Below, piece by piece: positions 25,729-38,698 of a stretch of DNA of 64,000 nt; position 1 is the stretch's first letter; each line of letters starts with the position of its first letter. The DNA comes from Ramazzottius varieornatus. Its lineage: Eukaryota > Animalia > Tardigrada. The stretch is from NCBI GenBank assembly GCA_001949185.1, contig BDGG01000002.1:5632448-5696447 (forward strand), read 5' to 3'. The position numbers and the translations under genes were made by a program. Under the pieces are notes generated by a model. It searched no databases. It was not told the DNA's origin and was given only the letters and a program-made list of their open reading frames with translations.

Positions 25729-28700
25729 CTACGCCTCGTTCGCCGCGTACAACGCCTCGATAGTCTCACCGTACTTCTTCGCGACATAAGATCGCTTCAG
25801 TTTCATAGTTGGACCTGTAATCACGCAAAATCATTCAACCAGTCTGTCATAACTTATGATACAGCATGTCAATGCAGGCTAGAAGCCTCACCTAGTTCAC
25901 CGCCAGGAATACTGAAGTCAGTCGCCAGGATTTCAAATTTCTGGATGATCTGAGCTCGACTAACTGCCTTCTTGTTAGCAGCTTCTATCCCTTTCTGAAC
26001 CACTGTTTTCAGGCTTTCCAAGTTTCTGGCTTCGTCGACGGTCGTCACGACGGCGCCGCCGCAGTGATCTTTTATCCTATTGAAACCCTAGTTAGCTAAA
26101 CAGAAGTTCATTCAACACGATTTGAAGTACTTCTCACCATTCTTGGGCGGGTTTTGTGAGGCGGTTCAGTGGTTCTCCAGTGTTCATGTCGATGTCGGAC
26201 TTGAGCGTCAGGAGCACGCTGAGAAACTTCCGCTTGTCTCCAATCACCATTGCCTGGCTGATGATTGGCAGTTCAGCTTTCAGATTGTCTTCCAGGGCAA
26301 CGGGTGGGATGTTCTCGCCACCAGCTGTGATGATGAGCTCTTTCAGACGGCCTGTGATGAAGAGGAAGCCATCAGCATCCTTCTTCCCGACGTCTCCTGA
26401 GCGCAAGTATCCTTCGGAGTCCAATGTATCCTCTGTCTTCTCTTTCTGTCCGAGGTAGCCCATGAAGACATGACGACCGTACATGCAGATCTAAAGAGAG
26501 AAAGAAGTGCAACTGGTAATTACAGTTCATGAAAACATAATAAGCAGCTAACTAATTGTAAGGCAAACGATTACGTTCGGAACCACGCTCATGTGACTGG
26601 ACCTACCTCGCCATTTCCATCCGCGTCGGGCTTGTCAATCTTGGTTTTCGCGCCAGGTATTTCCTTACCGGCGGAACCGATTCTGAATGCACCGGCGACG
26701 TTGACGCTATGTGGAGCTGCGAGACAAAACCAGTTCATCATACAGCTAGCAAGGCGTTGACCAAACAGTAGAAATGACGTAAACGGCTAAGATCAACAGA
26801 GTATCGCGTAAAATCATCTATAACCAAACTCACCGGAACATTCGCTCATGCCGTAAATGTCGTAGACCGGGATGTCCAACGACAGGAAGAACTCCTGAGT
26901 TTCCTTCATTAGCGGCGCAGCACCGCTGCATGTGAACCGACATCGATCCAGTCCAAGAGCTTGACGAACCTTCTTGAAAACCAGCGCATTAGCGATCGTC
27001 CATCCGAATGGTGTGGATTCCCTGCAAAGAGAACGTCATGTGAAAAAGAACCACCTCTATAGTTACACCTATCGTGCATCATACCCCTTCATTTTGCTAT
27101 AGTTGCCTCGAAGACCGATATCTTTTGCCCATTTGGTCACGGACTGTTTGAGCCCGCTGTTCTGCTTGCCGGCAGCTCGCATTTTCTCCTCCATCTTCTC
27201 CCACACTCGGGGTACTCCAATCATGGCGGTCGGACGGGCTTCCTTCAGGGTATCCACCAAGGTTCCTTTCAGAGCATCGGGCTGGCAGAAGTACACCACA
27301 CCACCCCCGGTAATGGGCAAGTACAGGTCAGTCATTTGAGCTGCTACGTGGCTGAGCGGAAGGTAACTGACGAACACGTCGTTCTTGTCTAGGGCCACCA
27401 TTTTCGTGGCTTGCTTCGCTGTCCAGATGAGGTTGTCGTGGCTGAGCATAGCACCTTTCGGGTTACCGGTAGTACCTGAAACAAATCCCACTATTCTAGA
27501 CACATTCACCCAATTTGACAACGATAACATTTGTCCTTATTATCGATTTGCGAATATGACATCTTGACAAATCAACACGACGAGATCGCTCTCCCAAGTG
27601 GCGCACTTTTCAATCAATAACAGTGTAAAAGTGCGCCACTGGCTTACACAATCTCGTCCAGTTTGTTTGCGAGCTACCATATTTCGAGAAAACTATTTCA
27701 ATACAATTACAATAGCCCCTCTCAAAAGTCATTTTGATCAGGCAGAATTTGTCAGAAAGACAGTACCGGAGGTGTAGATTATCGTGCAACATTTGTTTGG
27801 CGCGATATTGGCCTGTCGCTCTTCGAGGCGAGTGTCAGGAAGACTAGCCCCAAACTTCATGAGTTCTTCCCAGCTGTACACGTTGGGGTAAGACTGCGCT
27901 GGCTTGCCCATATACTGGACAACGGCTTTCAGCTCGGGCAACTGATCGCGAATTTGCAGAATTTTCTGAAGCTGCTTGTCATCTTCCACCACGACGATGT
28001 TCATTCGGGCATCTGTGGCATTGTACAGACAAGCCTCGGGCGTGTTCGTGGTATAAATGCCCACGGCGAGACCACTACAAAAGAGTAAAAACATGACTAA
28101 CTAGGACAGCTTGATACCACGAAGTGACCAAGAGATTTTTACCCGGCAAAGATGGCTCCGATATCGGAAATGAACCACTCAGGCGCATTGAAACCCATGA
28201 TGCCGACTGCGTGGAAAGGTTCAAGACCCAGGAAGATGAAGCCTTTCGCGGCAGTTCGAACTTCGTTCAGGTAGTCGGTGTACGTCCAAGTTTTCCACAC
28301 GCCATCTCGCTTCACCTTCATGGCAGGACCTTCCGGGTTCGCTTGGACGGTGTTGGTGAACCAGGACATAACCGTCTCGGGCTGAGTAACCTTATCCTGA
28401 GGTTCCCTATAGACAAACCGATCATTTAGGTCAACTATCTAATTGGAATCTGGGCCGGTAATCCTCGACAAGATCGTTTGTCCAAGTGGCACACGCTTTC
28501 ATCTGAGAACAGCAAAACAAGTGCTACTTGGTGAAACAATCTTGTCGACTGCCTTTGCCGAGTGAAGTCTGTTAAGAGTTCTATCCTCTGAACTGTGGAC
28601 CTGACGCTAGACTCAACAGGAATCGCCGAATCATTGTCTTACGCTCCGAATCGAAGTTTAACTGCTCCGTCGGGCTCGATGGTGGAAAAGGAATCCGCCG

Positions 28701-29003
28701 GTGCCAAGAGCGGAAAATGGTCGCCCACTACTCCATCTCCGTTCACATGCACCAGGGATCCATGAATGTGCTTGGACACTCCATTGATTGGCCGTGAGTG
28801 CAGTTCCGCTTTGGGGGAAGCGTTGTCAGGGAGCCTAATAAGCAAGAAGCATAAATAATTATCTGTAATTTAGGCATGAAGAACAGCCGTAAGTCCACAG
28901 GAGATGACTTTATGCCGTAAAAAGTAACTGCTTTTCATTCACTCACGCCATCCTTTTACACAAATGAAATTACTCACGTGATCTTTGCAATTTCCACTGT
29001 CAT
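25729..29003 (-). CDS. ACSBG: Long-chain fatty acid-CoA ligase, ACSBG/bubblegum family
   Basis: Motifs across exons: [26 protein letters not shown]|[79 protein letters not shown]|GPTMKLKR. Stop TAG at 25729. The start (MTVEIAK) is inferred from splice phase. Confidence 0.93.
27579..27658. repeat. Intronic palindromic element, copy E (ACSBG intron)
   Basis: GACGAGAT...CAAGTGGCGCACTTTT(27595)...AAAAGTGCGCCACTGG(27642)...ATCTCGTC; core 48 nt. Confidence 0.85.
28465..28548. repeat. Intronic palindromic element, copy F (ACSBG intron)
   Basis: TCGACAAGATCGTTT...CAAGTGGCAC(28483)...GTGCTACTTG(28530)...AAACAATCTTGTCGA; core 48 nt. Confidence 0.85.
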
Positions 29004-31325
29004 ATTGGAACGATTTCACGAAAGTCGAAGTATGTTTTCAATGTCTGCAGCTTTCAGAAGGAAAATTCGTCTGAAAAAAAACACAGAACATACAGTCAGC
29101 GGCACGCACAGCTAGCACATTCCATCGCAGACGGAAGTCGGGTTAGGGCATGTGCCGCTGAACACAAGGCCTATTTCTTCCACAACAAATCGATCTAAGG
29201 CGAAAAAGCCGACATACTGTAATCGATGAGTAAAGCTATCACACCCTCCTCGACGTCCACTAGTCACAACTCTGTCGTTATTAATTCAAACGAACAACAA
29301 TCGATGCCCTCCAATAAAGAAGCAAACCGAGGTGCTGTGCTATCGTCTGATGTAAGAAGAAGCGCCGAGGAAGTTTCGAATGTGTCGGTTGGATGTGCCT
29401 CAGACTGCGAAGGAAAAGCGCGACTTCGCAGTTCGTACTCACGCGACAAACAACGTCATTAAATTTTTGCAGACAATCTTCTGGCGTAGTACTATGCCGT
29501 CGTCTGAGACAGCTCAGTATTGATCGTGGCCTGCCTGAAGTCGAAAGCTATTTGCGAGGTTTCTTAGGTAAGACTTCCTATTTAGAAGTTCTCAAAATAG
29601 CTCGATCTGCGCAGGGCTGCATGTGATGTGCGCTTGATGATTCCAAGCCATTGACATTTGGTAATAAGCAGGCCGAGCTGGAAACTAAGATACTCATACC
29701 GTTGAACATCAGCAACCAACCCTGAAATCCCCTCTGGAAATTCAGAATCCTGATGGAACCTAATGTTCTCCAGCATGCATGCGCATGCAGCGACGCTGTA
29801 TATCGACTCAGGCTTTCCGCTTACAAAACTGAAGGTTGCTGTAAGCAGGATTGCTCCAGCCGGATGTGAGTCTCACATGGGAGCTTGTGCCTGTAGTGGT
29901 TGTTTGCGCTTACCTGCTTCGAGAAACTAAGAATACAAGCAGAGGATCATCATCAGGATATCTGACTACAACTGGCCTGACTTAACTAGGCCACTTCCGC
30001 TTCACCAACGCCCCCACACAACATAATTATTGGAAATCAAAAATTGCAGCACGTACCTGCGATCTGGTGGCTTTGTTCAAAGGTTAATGCAAGCAAACTC
30101 TCCAGAGTACAGCTCGACACTTGCGTCCACGGATCCGATGAGCGTCCACGTCCTCAATCCGCATCAACTTCCGAGAAGGAGGGCAGAGTCCAGGCCTTTA
30201 GATTACCAGACTGACCAGTCGTTCGCTTTGGCACGGAGTACTCTGCCGACGCTCTTCGTAAGATAACCGCACACTGAAGCAACTGATCTTTCGGAGGGAT
30301 CTCCTGTCGGCTTCTAAATTCCACTTCGCAGGGAAGAGAACTTCAACTTTAGCGATCCAAACGATTCAGATTTCAGAATAATTTTCCCAGTGCGGGTGAA
30401 TCAGTGAGTCATCCATTCCCCGCCTCCCACGTCATAGAGCAGACAGAGAGTCAGACAGGAACATTTCGTAGCATTGGGTGTGGTCGCTGGCGTCACCGAC
30501 GTGGAACCAAGGGTACGGTAGTGCTTTGTTTTGGTGGTGCAGCGATATGGAGTACAGCGATTTGACAGTAGGCACGTAGGGGGCAGCTACGATTCGTGAT
30601 TGGTCAAAGGGCGGATAGCCCAAACGGCCCTGAGGTCAGCTGTACGTACGTACGTACGGTTCAGGCAAAAAATTTCCCCCCTGATTTTAATTTCCACTTT
30701 GTTGTGGTCCTCATTTCCGAGTGTGCTTTCGTCGCGCGCTCCATCCGCACTCCAGCCTCTCCTCCATCTTCTTCGTGGCAGAACAAAGGGGTCAGTGTTT
30801 TGTCCTGCACCTCGAGTGATGTCGCTGCTTTTGCAAGATCGTGATCGGATGATACCGGATGATTTATGAGGATCTGCAGTGTGACACCTTCGCTCCCCCA
30901 TTAACGTTCGCAAGGAAATCGCCGTCTGGATAATCCGGCTCATCGTGTCTCCCGTTTGTACCTTTGGAAAATTACTGGAAAATAATACAACACTTGTACG
31001 TTGCAAAATCGACATGACGCTGCCATGTAGCACGAGCGTACATCGATAACCGTGAGTTAGTCGACCGACTAGTGGTGCATTAACGATCGTGTCTTGATCT
31101 CCAAGCTCGTTTGTCTTTGCGCTAAGCCTGTCTTCTGCACATTTTCCAGCGCCATCAAGGTCTCGACTTATGATGCGGACAGGACAAAGGAACTAGCCGT
31201 GTTTGTCCAGTTTCTTTATCGCTGTATGTACAGTGTACCTTGAGCCATAGCTGCGCCACCGAAAGTGGGGGATAATTTGTAATATTATATTTAATATGGT
31301 ATTTTATTTTTGGGTAGGATGAGAC

Positions 31326-34300
31326 ATGGATCACCGCGGGCTCTTTTTTGTCCTCCTGTTTTGCTGTTGTTGTTCTTGGAACTTCAGCCATAGTCTCGTC
31401 CTAACTAACGAATCAAAATCGGCGATCCCCGTTGGTTACACACGGTATGAATCAGACGTGCGCTACGCGTCTAACAACGGGTCAAGACGTTACGATGATG
31501 GTCGAGGAATGTATCCGTTGTATGCTCTCACGGATCTCTTCGTCAACTTTGTTGGCAGCGACCTCAAGAAAGACATCCCTAACGGTTAGTACACTGCACC
31601 TACCCACTCATATGGAACTTGCGCAAACAAACTCGCAAGCTTGTTTCTCCAAGTGGCGCGAGGTTTCGGCCAAAAACACTGAAACCGTGCGCCACTTGGG
31701 AAAAATCTGACGGGCTCCTGTAATTATGCTAACAGTGTCCTTATCTTACTATTTGTATATTTTGGCCTGGTTGGGGAGAGTTAAGGCTTTAGGATAATCC
31801 ACAAGGAAGCGCTATGCGAAATTAATGACCCGATTGGTAGGAATGGTCAGACAGCCGCGAAGAAGAGATACCGATGGTAGGAACGCGCCACTTCGCACGT
31901 TTCTAACAGAAGAGATTACACTGTTATAGATCGAACTTTGAGCCTTTTTAAAGTGTCAAAACAGTCTCTAGGATGGAATGTGGGCTTCAGTTTGCTTCCG
32001 TCTCCCCGCGCTCTCAAGTCAACACAAAAAGAGGGTCGAGTCGTAAGCCGCAAATCTCTTTGTGAGGCTATATTTCCGATGTGCTGCAGTGTTTACTTTT
32101 GAGTGTCTTATTCTGGCAGATTGGCAGAGTGTTTGGACGGCCCTATAAGACACTTGAGCTCCTTCACTTCAAACGACCCCAAAACAGCGCTGAACTGTGG
32201 CCCGACCAAACGCTGAAGTGTCCGCAAGGCCGTGAGACCAATATTTCTCACAAAACTCTTGGTTACAGCACACACAAGTCCCATCTCTTTTTCCGTGAAA
32301 CACTCGATCGACTTGTGCTGTCGAGTGTCGACTGTTTAGAGCACAGCTAGCATGTCACACTCGGAACGATAATTGACCGGTGTGGTCTCTTGGTCAAATC
32401 GATATGGCTTCCTGCCACGTTCGAGAAGTCTTTATATCGATTTGACCACATAACACACTGACCAGTTTGGGTAATATCTAATCGATAAAGGGAATACATG
32501 TAATATGGAACGGGTCGATATTTTGTTAGATGAAAAGGGGGTTGAATAGGGAAGATAAATACCGGCGACCTCAAAAGGAAGAAGGGTCCCAATTTGTATT
32601 ACACTGTTGGGCATAATTCGAGCTTTTAAAATTCCGGAATGAGATGTTCCCACGACAGTCACTTCAAATTATTCTGTTTACTTTAATTTGCCTATCGTAT
32701 ATTCCAGGCATACATATGCCCGAACACAAGCGGCCACATTTTTGACATGCGTGGAGGAGCGAGTCATTTTTCGATGAATTTGGCGTGGCTTTGAACTTTG
32801 CTAGCGATCGTGCATAGCCGAATTAAAAGTTGAACGAGATTTTGAGATCAATGAGCGGCTTGTTCTTTACCGGACAGGTGACATCATTAGAGAACCTTGA
32901 GCTTTACATTCGTGCGACTGACAACTTGTCTTTGAAAGTAGAAAATTTTGCAAAAAGAGATTTACAGTCAACATCGTAGAAAAGTTGATAAAAATAATTA
33001 TTAATTTAATTTTGTTTCCTGTTTCATTACGTTTCTTATGAGTGTGTCGGTGGACTAAGTCAGGGACTTAATCCGCGGTTATGGACAAGACAGATTGTGG
33101 GTTAATGGGTGTGGCGGTGAGAAAGGTAAACAAGGAACAAGAAATAAACCAGTCCTATGTGGCGATCTGCAAACAAATGACTCGTGCTCGTCCATGAAGA
33201 GGTCTTTTGGACTCTGATACTCTATATTCATGTAGAACTGAGAAGCGCGAGAAAAATGTTTCTGAAGTTATCTACTTTTCAAACGAGCTTTGCAGTGTCT
33301 TGCTACAGTCTTAAGCGCTGGTTCGAGCATAGGACGTATGAGAACGGCAATATTCATACTTCCGTTGTCATTGTTTACTTGACGTTTGTCACAACGTTAG
33401 GCGTAATTTTGCTGCGAAATTGACGAATGTCCTTTAGTTGTTCACGCAATTATATCTGTTGATATTAAAGTCTCTATCAGCCTAAAGCCTGAGCCGTTGG
33501 AGAAGTGATCTCATCAGAACCATGTTGAAAAAGCGGGAATTGTAAGTTCGTTAGTTCGCTCGTCAAAACATAACCGAAGGCTGCTGCTGAAGATGTGCTT
33601 ATGTACCGGAAATTCAAATATGCGACAGTGAAGCAACGGCAGAGAGATTAGATTGCAACAAACAAATAAACAAGCAGTCTCGTATAGAAATATGTGTCAG
33701 AGAATCAGAGTACAAGAAGCCATGTTGTTTGTTCTTCCCGGATAACATTGCTTAATAGGTAGCTCGTTTTCGAATTTTTACTTTCCCAGATTTGGTTAAT
33801 GTACGATATTTGCAAAAATGGGTTGAAGAACTTTGGCATCGTTGATGAAAGGGCGTTTTTGCCTGTGGCCGTTTTAGTTCCGTATAGCGCGCTGACGGTT
33901 TTTCGTTCTTTTTTACAGACTTGTTGCCCTCGACTGACGGAAATATCGGAAACTATTACGACTATACAAAAGAGGTTTGTACATGCTCAAAGACTTGATA
34001 CGGTTGTTACTTCCGGCGAGAGTTCCGGCTCAATCATGACGCCGACGTTTTCTTTCCTTAATTACTACCCGTTTAACACGATCCGCTCGTTTTCTGGTGA
34101 TCGTTGCTTCTTGTGTTATATAGTGGCTGAAATGGGAGCAAGGTGTGACCATCTGTGCGGGCATTGGTGTGGCGCTGGCCATCTTAGTGCCGTTAATTGG
34201 TCTCATCTTTTGCTGTTGCCGCTGTTGTGGTCGTTGTGGTTCTACACCGGAAAAGTACGGCAAACGAAGCGATCCGTGCCATTGCGGAACCCTGACTGCT

Positions 34301-37300
34301 CTCCTCGTTTTACTATGCATCGTTATGACGTGAGTACTTGCGGGTATCGCCTGCTCTTTTATGACTCTTGTATTTCCTTAATGGTCTCCATATCTGAAAT
34401 GTGATACTTGACGGTTGAACGTTTCTCGTAGATTTGGCCTGGTCGCCGCATTTCTCGCAAACCATTATATGCGCGTGAACGTCCGCAAAGTCAACGAGAC
34501 AATACAAGATAGCATTGGCGATATTGAGTCTTACCTTCAAGACTCGCAAAAGGTAAGCTCTCGAGTTTCACGTTGACGTGGAGGCCTGAATGAATGAATG
34601 AACGAATACGTTGAGCGTCTCAATGACACATCCAACCGCTTAGATTATTCACTCTTGAATATGTTCATTCTTTCCATAGCATGCCTCCCATGTACTGGTC
34701 AACAACTTTAAAGAACTCGAAGGACATGTCCGAGACAGCCTCAATGGTACGTCCCAAAGCATTTCTTCCGAAATCGACAAGAAACAAAATGGCTTTGGTT
34801 TTAACCAGTCTGACTTAACAGAAACCGAACATACTTCCGAGAAGCTCTTCGATTCCGGCGTCGACCTTGTGGGTGCCGACAAGCTGTTCGCCTTCGCCGA
34901 TCGTAAGTTTGATGAAGCGGACTACAATAGTCTTTCGGTGTTTGGACACGATACAAAGAAATTTACTTCTTATACTCAGGTTTAGGAAGGGCGGATGTCG
35001 GCATCAAAGCGTTGAACGCCTCCTTCCTGCGGCTCCAAGAGCTGGAAGATATCGCTCGACAGAATGTGTCAACAATCCGCGGCTGGATGCTGGATGTGGT
35101 GAATGCCTGCAATGAGAGCCCGGTGGATAAAGCCTCGTGCCAGGCAATCGCTTCCGCCCGGGACCAGCTTGCCTTGGTCGTTGACTTCGCTGATGTAAGT
35201 TAATCCCACTCTCTTCCCTCAGGTGTATTTCCTCTTTCTAACATCTGTCCTTTGATCTAATTTCAGCTATCATTATCACAAGGCTTGACCGAGCTGGAAA
35301 AGCAAATTAGTCCCAACGCAGTTGCGCAAATACGAGAGGTGCGTTAGACAATGAACCTCTTGAAATGGGTTGAGGAGAAGACGTAATGAGGATTTAGTAG
35401 CTGATGTGACTACTCCACAGGCACGAACAAAACTGGGCTCGGTACGCGCGAACCTTTCCCATGAACTCGAAACAGCGACCGGTATCGTAACGAAGAAGCT
35501 GGATGAAGCCCGAATCAAAGTCCTTGACATCGAACTGAAAATGCGGCAGCAGTCCAACCAAGCTCAGGTATGAATATAGAATAGAGCAACCACTTTTCTG
35601 ACACAGTAGTTACGTAAAGACGATTTGGAATGTGGCGGCATTTATTGTTGAGGCCAAATGATTTGAACCGGATCGTTTTCCAAGTGGCGCACACCGTTAG
35701 GCAGTACCAATGATAACGTGCGTCACTCAAAGTCAATAATGCTGGTTCGTTTCATTTGCCCACATCCCATTTCGAATATCTTTTCTGCTCTACCTATGGT
35801 CTTAAATTTTCCTGAAGGATAGTTTTCCACATTTCAGCATGAGCTGGCGCAGATTCAAGTACAGCCTTACTTCGACTACGTTCACGAGTACAACGATTAC
35901 GTGTAAGTGGGTTAAGTTTCGCAAGGAAAGCCCATTTTGGTACTGATTTGACTAATGGAAGAATTGTAGGTGGTATGGTAAATTGGCTTTCTGCATCCTA
36001 TTGGCACTCTTCCTGGCAATCTTCGTGTTGGGCTCGCTGTTCGGCATCTGTGGGAGTCGTTCAGGCGCTGTCTACGTTGACCCATTTTGCAGTAAACGTA
36101 AAGGCGCTTGTTTGCTCATGTGGTGAGTGTTTGAATTTGTCTTGATTGTGTACAGATCACAACGAATACATCAGGATGTCCGTTAACCCTTTCCTTTAAT
36201 CTTACAGTGGCGTGGGATTAGTCGTCCTCTTCTTCTTCATCGCCATGATTGCCGTCGTGGTGCTCTTCATCGTGGGTGTCAATTTACAACTGCTGGGATG
36301 CGACTCGGTTATCAATCCCACGGCGAACAACCACATTAAAGTACTCTCCATCATCCTCCGCCAGTACAATGTCATTCCCTCCGAAGAGGAAGTCCCACAA
36401 ATGGGGAACCTCCCACAAATCATTCAGTAAGCACAACAACCCGTCGTAATGTTACGTCACAGATTATTCAGTGTCGAATTTTGGCATCTGCGTTTATAGG
36501 AAGTGTTATAACAATGAGAGCATCTACAACGTCCTGGGACTGAACACGACATTTTCCGTGGAGAACGTCATGGATGGGAAGTTACGTGAGATGGACGTGT
36601 TACCGGAAGTAGAAAGAATCGTTCAGGCAGCCGCCCAGCGCATCAAGCAAACCAGCTTCCTGTCAGCCAGAGAGCGCGCCGCTCTGCTAAACCTAGCGGA
36701 CAGTCCGCTGATAAACCGTGTGAACCTGGAACCACTGCGGAAGAGGGTGAGTCCGCAAAACCCGTACACCGTACCGCTCACGCTGCCTGATCCGCCCAAG
36801 AGCTGTACTAATCCGTTCTTGGGTTCTCTAGTTGGCCGTTGATGAGGTGCTGCGAGGATCGATGGATTTGCTGATGAATGGCACCAACTTCCTTCTGACG
36901 TACCTTCGTGAAGTAGGTTGAAATTTTGCTGTTTTGGTTTTTGGTTGTTTTTCCGGTTTCTGAGAAATTCATTTCTTGCGTGCAGGACCCAGCGTTAGAG
37001 GGAGTTGCGTACCGCATTGGTCGCGAGCTGGACTACCTGCGTTCCACTGTCGTACCAGAGATTGAAACTGAAAAGTCTCGATCTCTTGGTATCGTCAACG
37101 ACTTGTCTACCCTGCTCGAGGACTCAAACGCTTCGTCCGTCATAAAGACCTTCGTTAGCGACCTCGAAAGGGTGGAGTCGCGGTTCCATCAAGACTCGGA
37201 ACCGATCATTCGAGAAGTGAGTTCCTGCCGTATCGGTAGCAACTTGTCTCAGTTCTGACGTCTTTTTGTGACTTGCAGATCGCCAACGATACTCTGAAGA

Positions 37301-38041
37301 ATGTGGAATGGTTGGTCAGTCAGTATATCAACTATTCCCTGCACGAGATACAAGACAAAGTTGGACGTTGTGGACCCGCCAGCGCGGCCGTTAACGCTAC
37401 CGTCAACGTCGTGTGCGACGCTGTCCTGCATCCATTCGTAAGTGACTTTCGTGTGAGTTTGTCAGCACATGGTTCCTCCCGGTCTAAACCTGAATGTTTT
37501 TTTCCAGAATGGTTACTGGTTGAGCAATGGGTTTTGCTTGATTGTCTTTCTCCCCATCCTGCTGATATCCGTCGCTCTCGCTTGGCATTACCGCCTGCCA
37601 GAATCTTACGGGTCCGGCTCGAGCGACAGGTGGGCAAACTTGATTTCCTACGATATTATGAAGCATATCGTGCATGTCTGGTTATTTTACAGCAGTGACT
37701 ATGAAACCCACACTGAGATCGACACGATTCCGCTGGCTAATCGGTAAGTGTTCCATGGAACGTAGAGAGGATGTTATCTTGTTCCATTGTTGGTATTCTT
37801 AGATGACCAACGTAGCTTTTACAGAAGGCAAAGGATACATCCTTCGAATGTAGATAACTCGGGTTACGATTCCCGAGCTCGACAGAGTAAAGCCACTCAA
37901 TGGGCTTTCCATAACGCTTTCAAGGATCAAGCAGCGTATCATCCCGTCCATCATCGAGGAAGTGGTATGCCGAGTGCGCCGCCTGGTGACGATATTTACA
38001 CCAGGCCACCGTCATATTATTATCCGGGCTCAACTAGCTAG
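31326..38041 (+). CDS. prom: Prominin / prominin-like pentaspan membrane glycoprotein
   Basis: Signal peptide, then GMYPLYALTDLF. TM1 is followed by the Cys-rich IFCCCRCCGRCG, with further TM pairs, VGRCGPAS...VVCDAVLHPF|NGYW, TM5, and a C-terminal PPSYYYPG. Many GT-AG exons. Confidence 0.92.
31638..31710. repeat. Intronic palindromic element, copy G (prominin intron 1)
   Basis: CAAGTGGCGCGAGGTTTC(31650)...GAAACCGTGCGCCACTTG(31698)GGAAAAATCTG; core 49 nt. Confidence 0.85.
35669..35731. repeat. Intronic palindromic element, copy H (prominin intron)
   Basis: GGATCGTTTTC-CAAGTGGCGCAC(35681)...GTGCGTCACTCA(35729); core 49 nt with a degenerate right arm. Confidence 0.7.
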
Positions 38042-38626
38042 ATTGCCAGTTCTTGAAGGACCAAAGTCAACCTGTTCAGAAACTTTCTTGTTTGACAAAG
38101 TATTCTGTGATACTTTTGTGGTTATCAAAAGTCAGCTCGCTTGCGTTATCAACCGCCTAGTACCAAGCTTTGTTGTTACCAATGCCAATGTTGTTGAACA
38201 AGACGGGACCTGCCAGAGGTCTATTGTGATGTTTCTCAAAGCTGATTTGTACAAACTTTCTGTGGCTTACATCAGTGGTTAAATTTTTAGACTGTTATAC
38301 TACGAAATTGTGATTGACTGAACCATTCAAAGCACCTTCTTACTGAACAAAACTGGGTAACCTTCTTACCGCCATAATGCAAAACCGTAACTGGGCTGTC
38401 GCAACGGAATGCACCGCTTCATTTTCCTTCAAGTAACGGGACAGTCTTCTGACTGGAGTTCCTCAGTGTTTTACCTGATTATTAGCTATCGTTGATGAAA
38501 ACCAGGTCCTTCTTTTGGCCAAGCACTTTCATGCTGCAAGGCTGCAGCGTTCTCCGTCCACTGTCTATCTGTACGATACTCAGAGTTGAATGTACAAACC
38601 ATAGGACAAAGCTTTGGCTTCGTCTG

Positions 38627-38642
38627 GCCGCCTTCGTCTAGT

Positions 38643-38674
<32 letters not shown>

Positions 38675-38698
38675 TCGGTTCGATTCCGAGAGGCGGCA
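38627..38698 (+). tRNA. tRNA-His (GUG)
   Basis: Cloverleaf: acceptor GCCGCCT/AGGCGGC with A73, D arm GTC-TAGTGGTTAG-GAC, anticodon stem CCACG/CGTGG with loop TT-GTG-GC, T arm CTCGG-TTCGATT-CCGAG. Confidence 0.97.
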
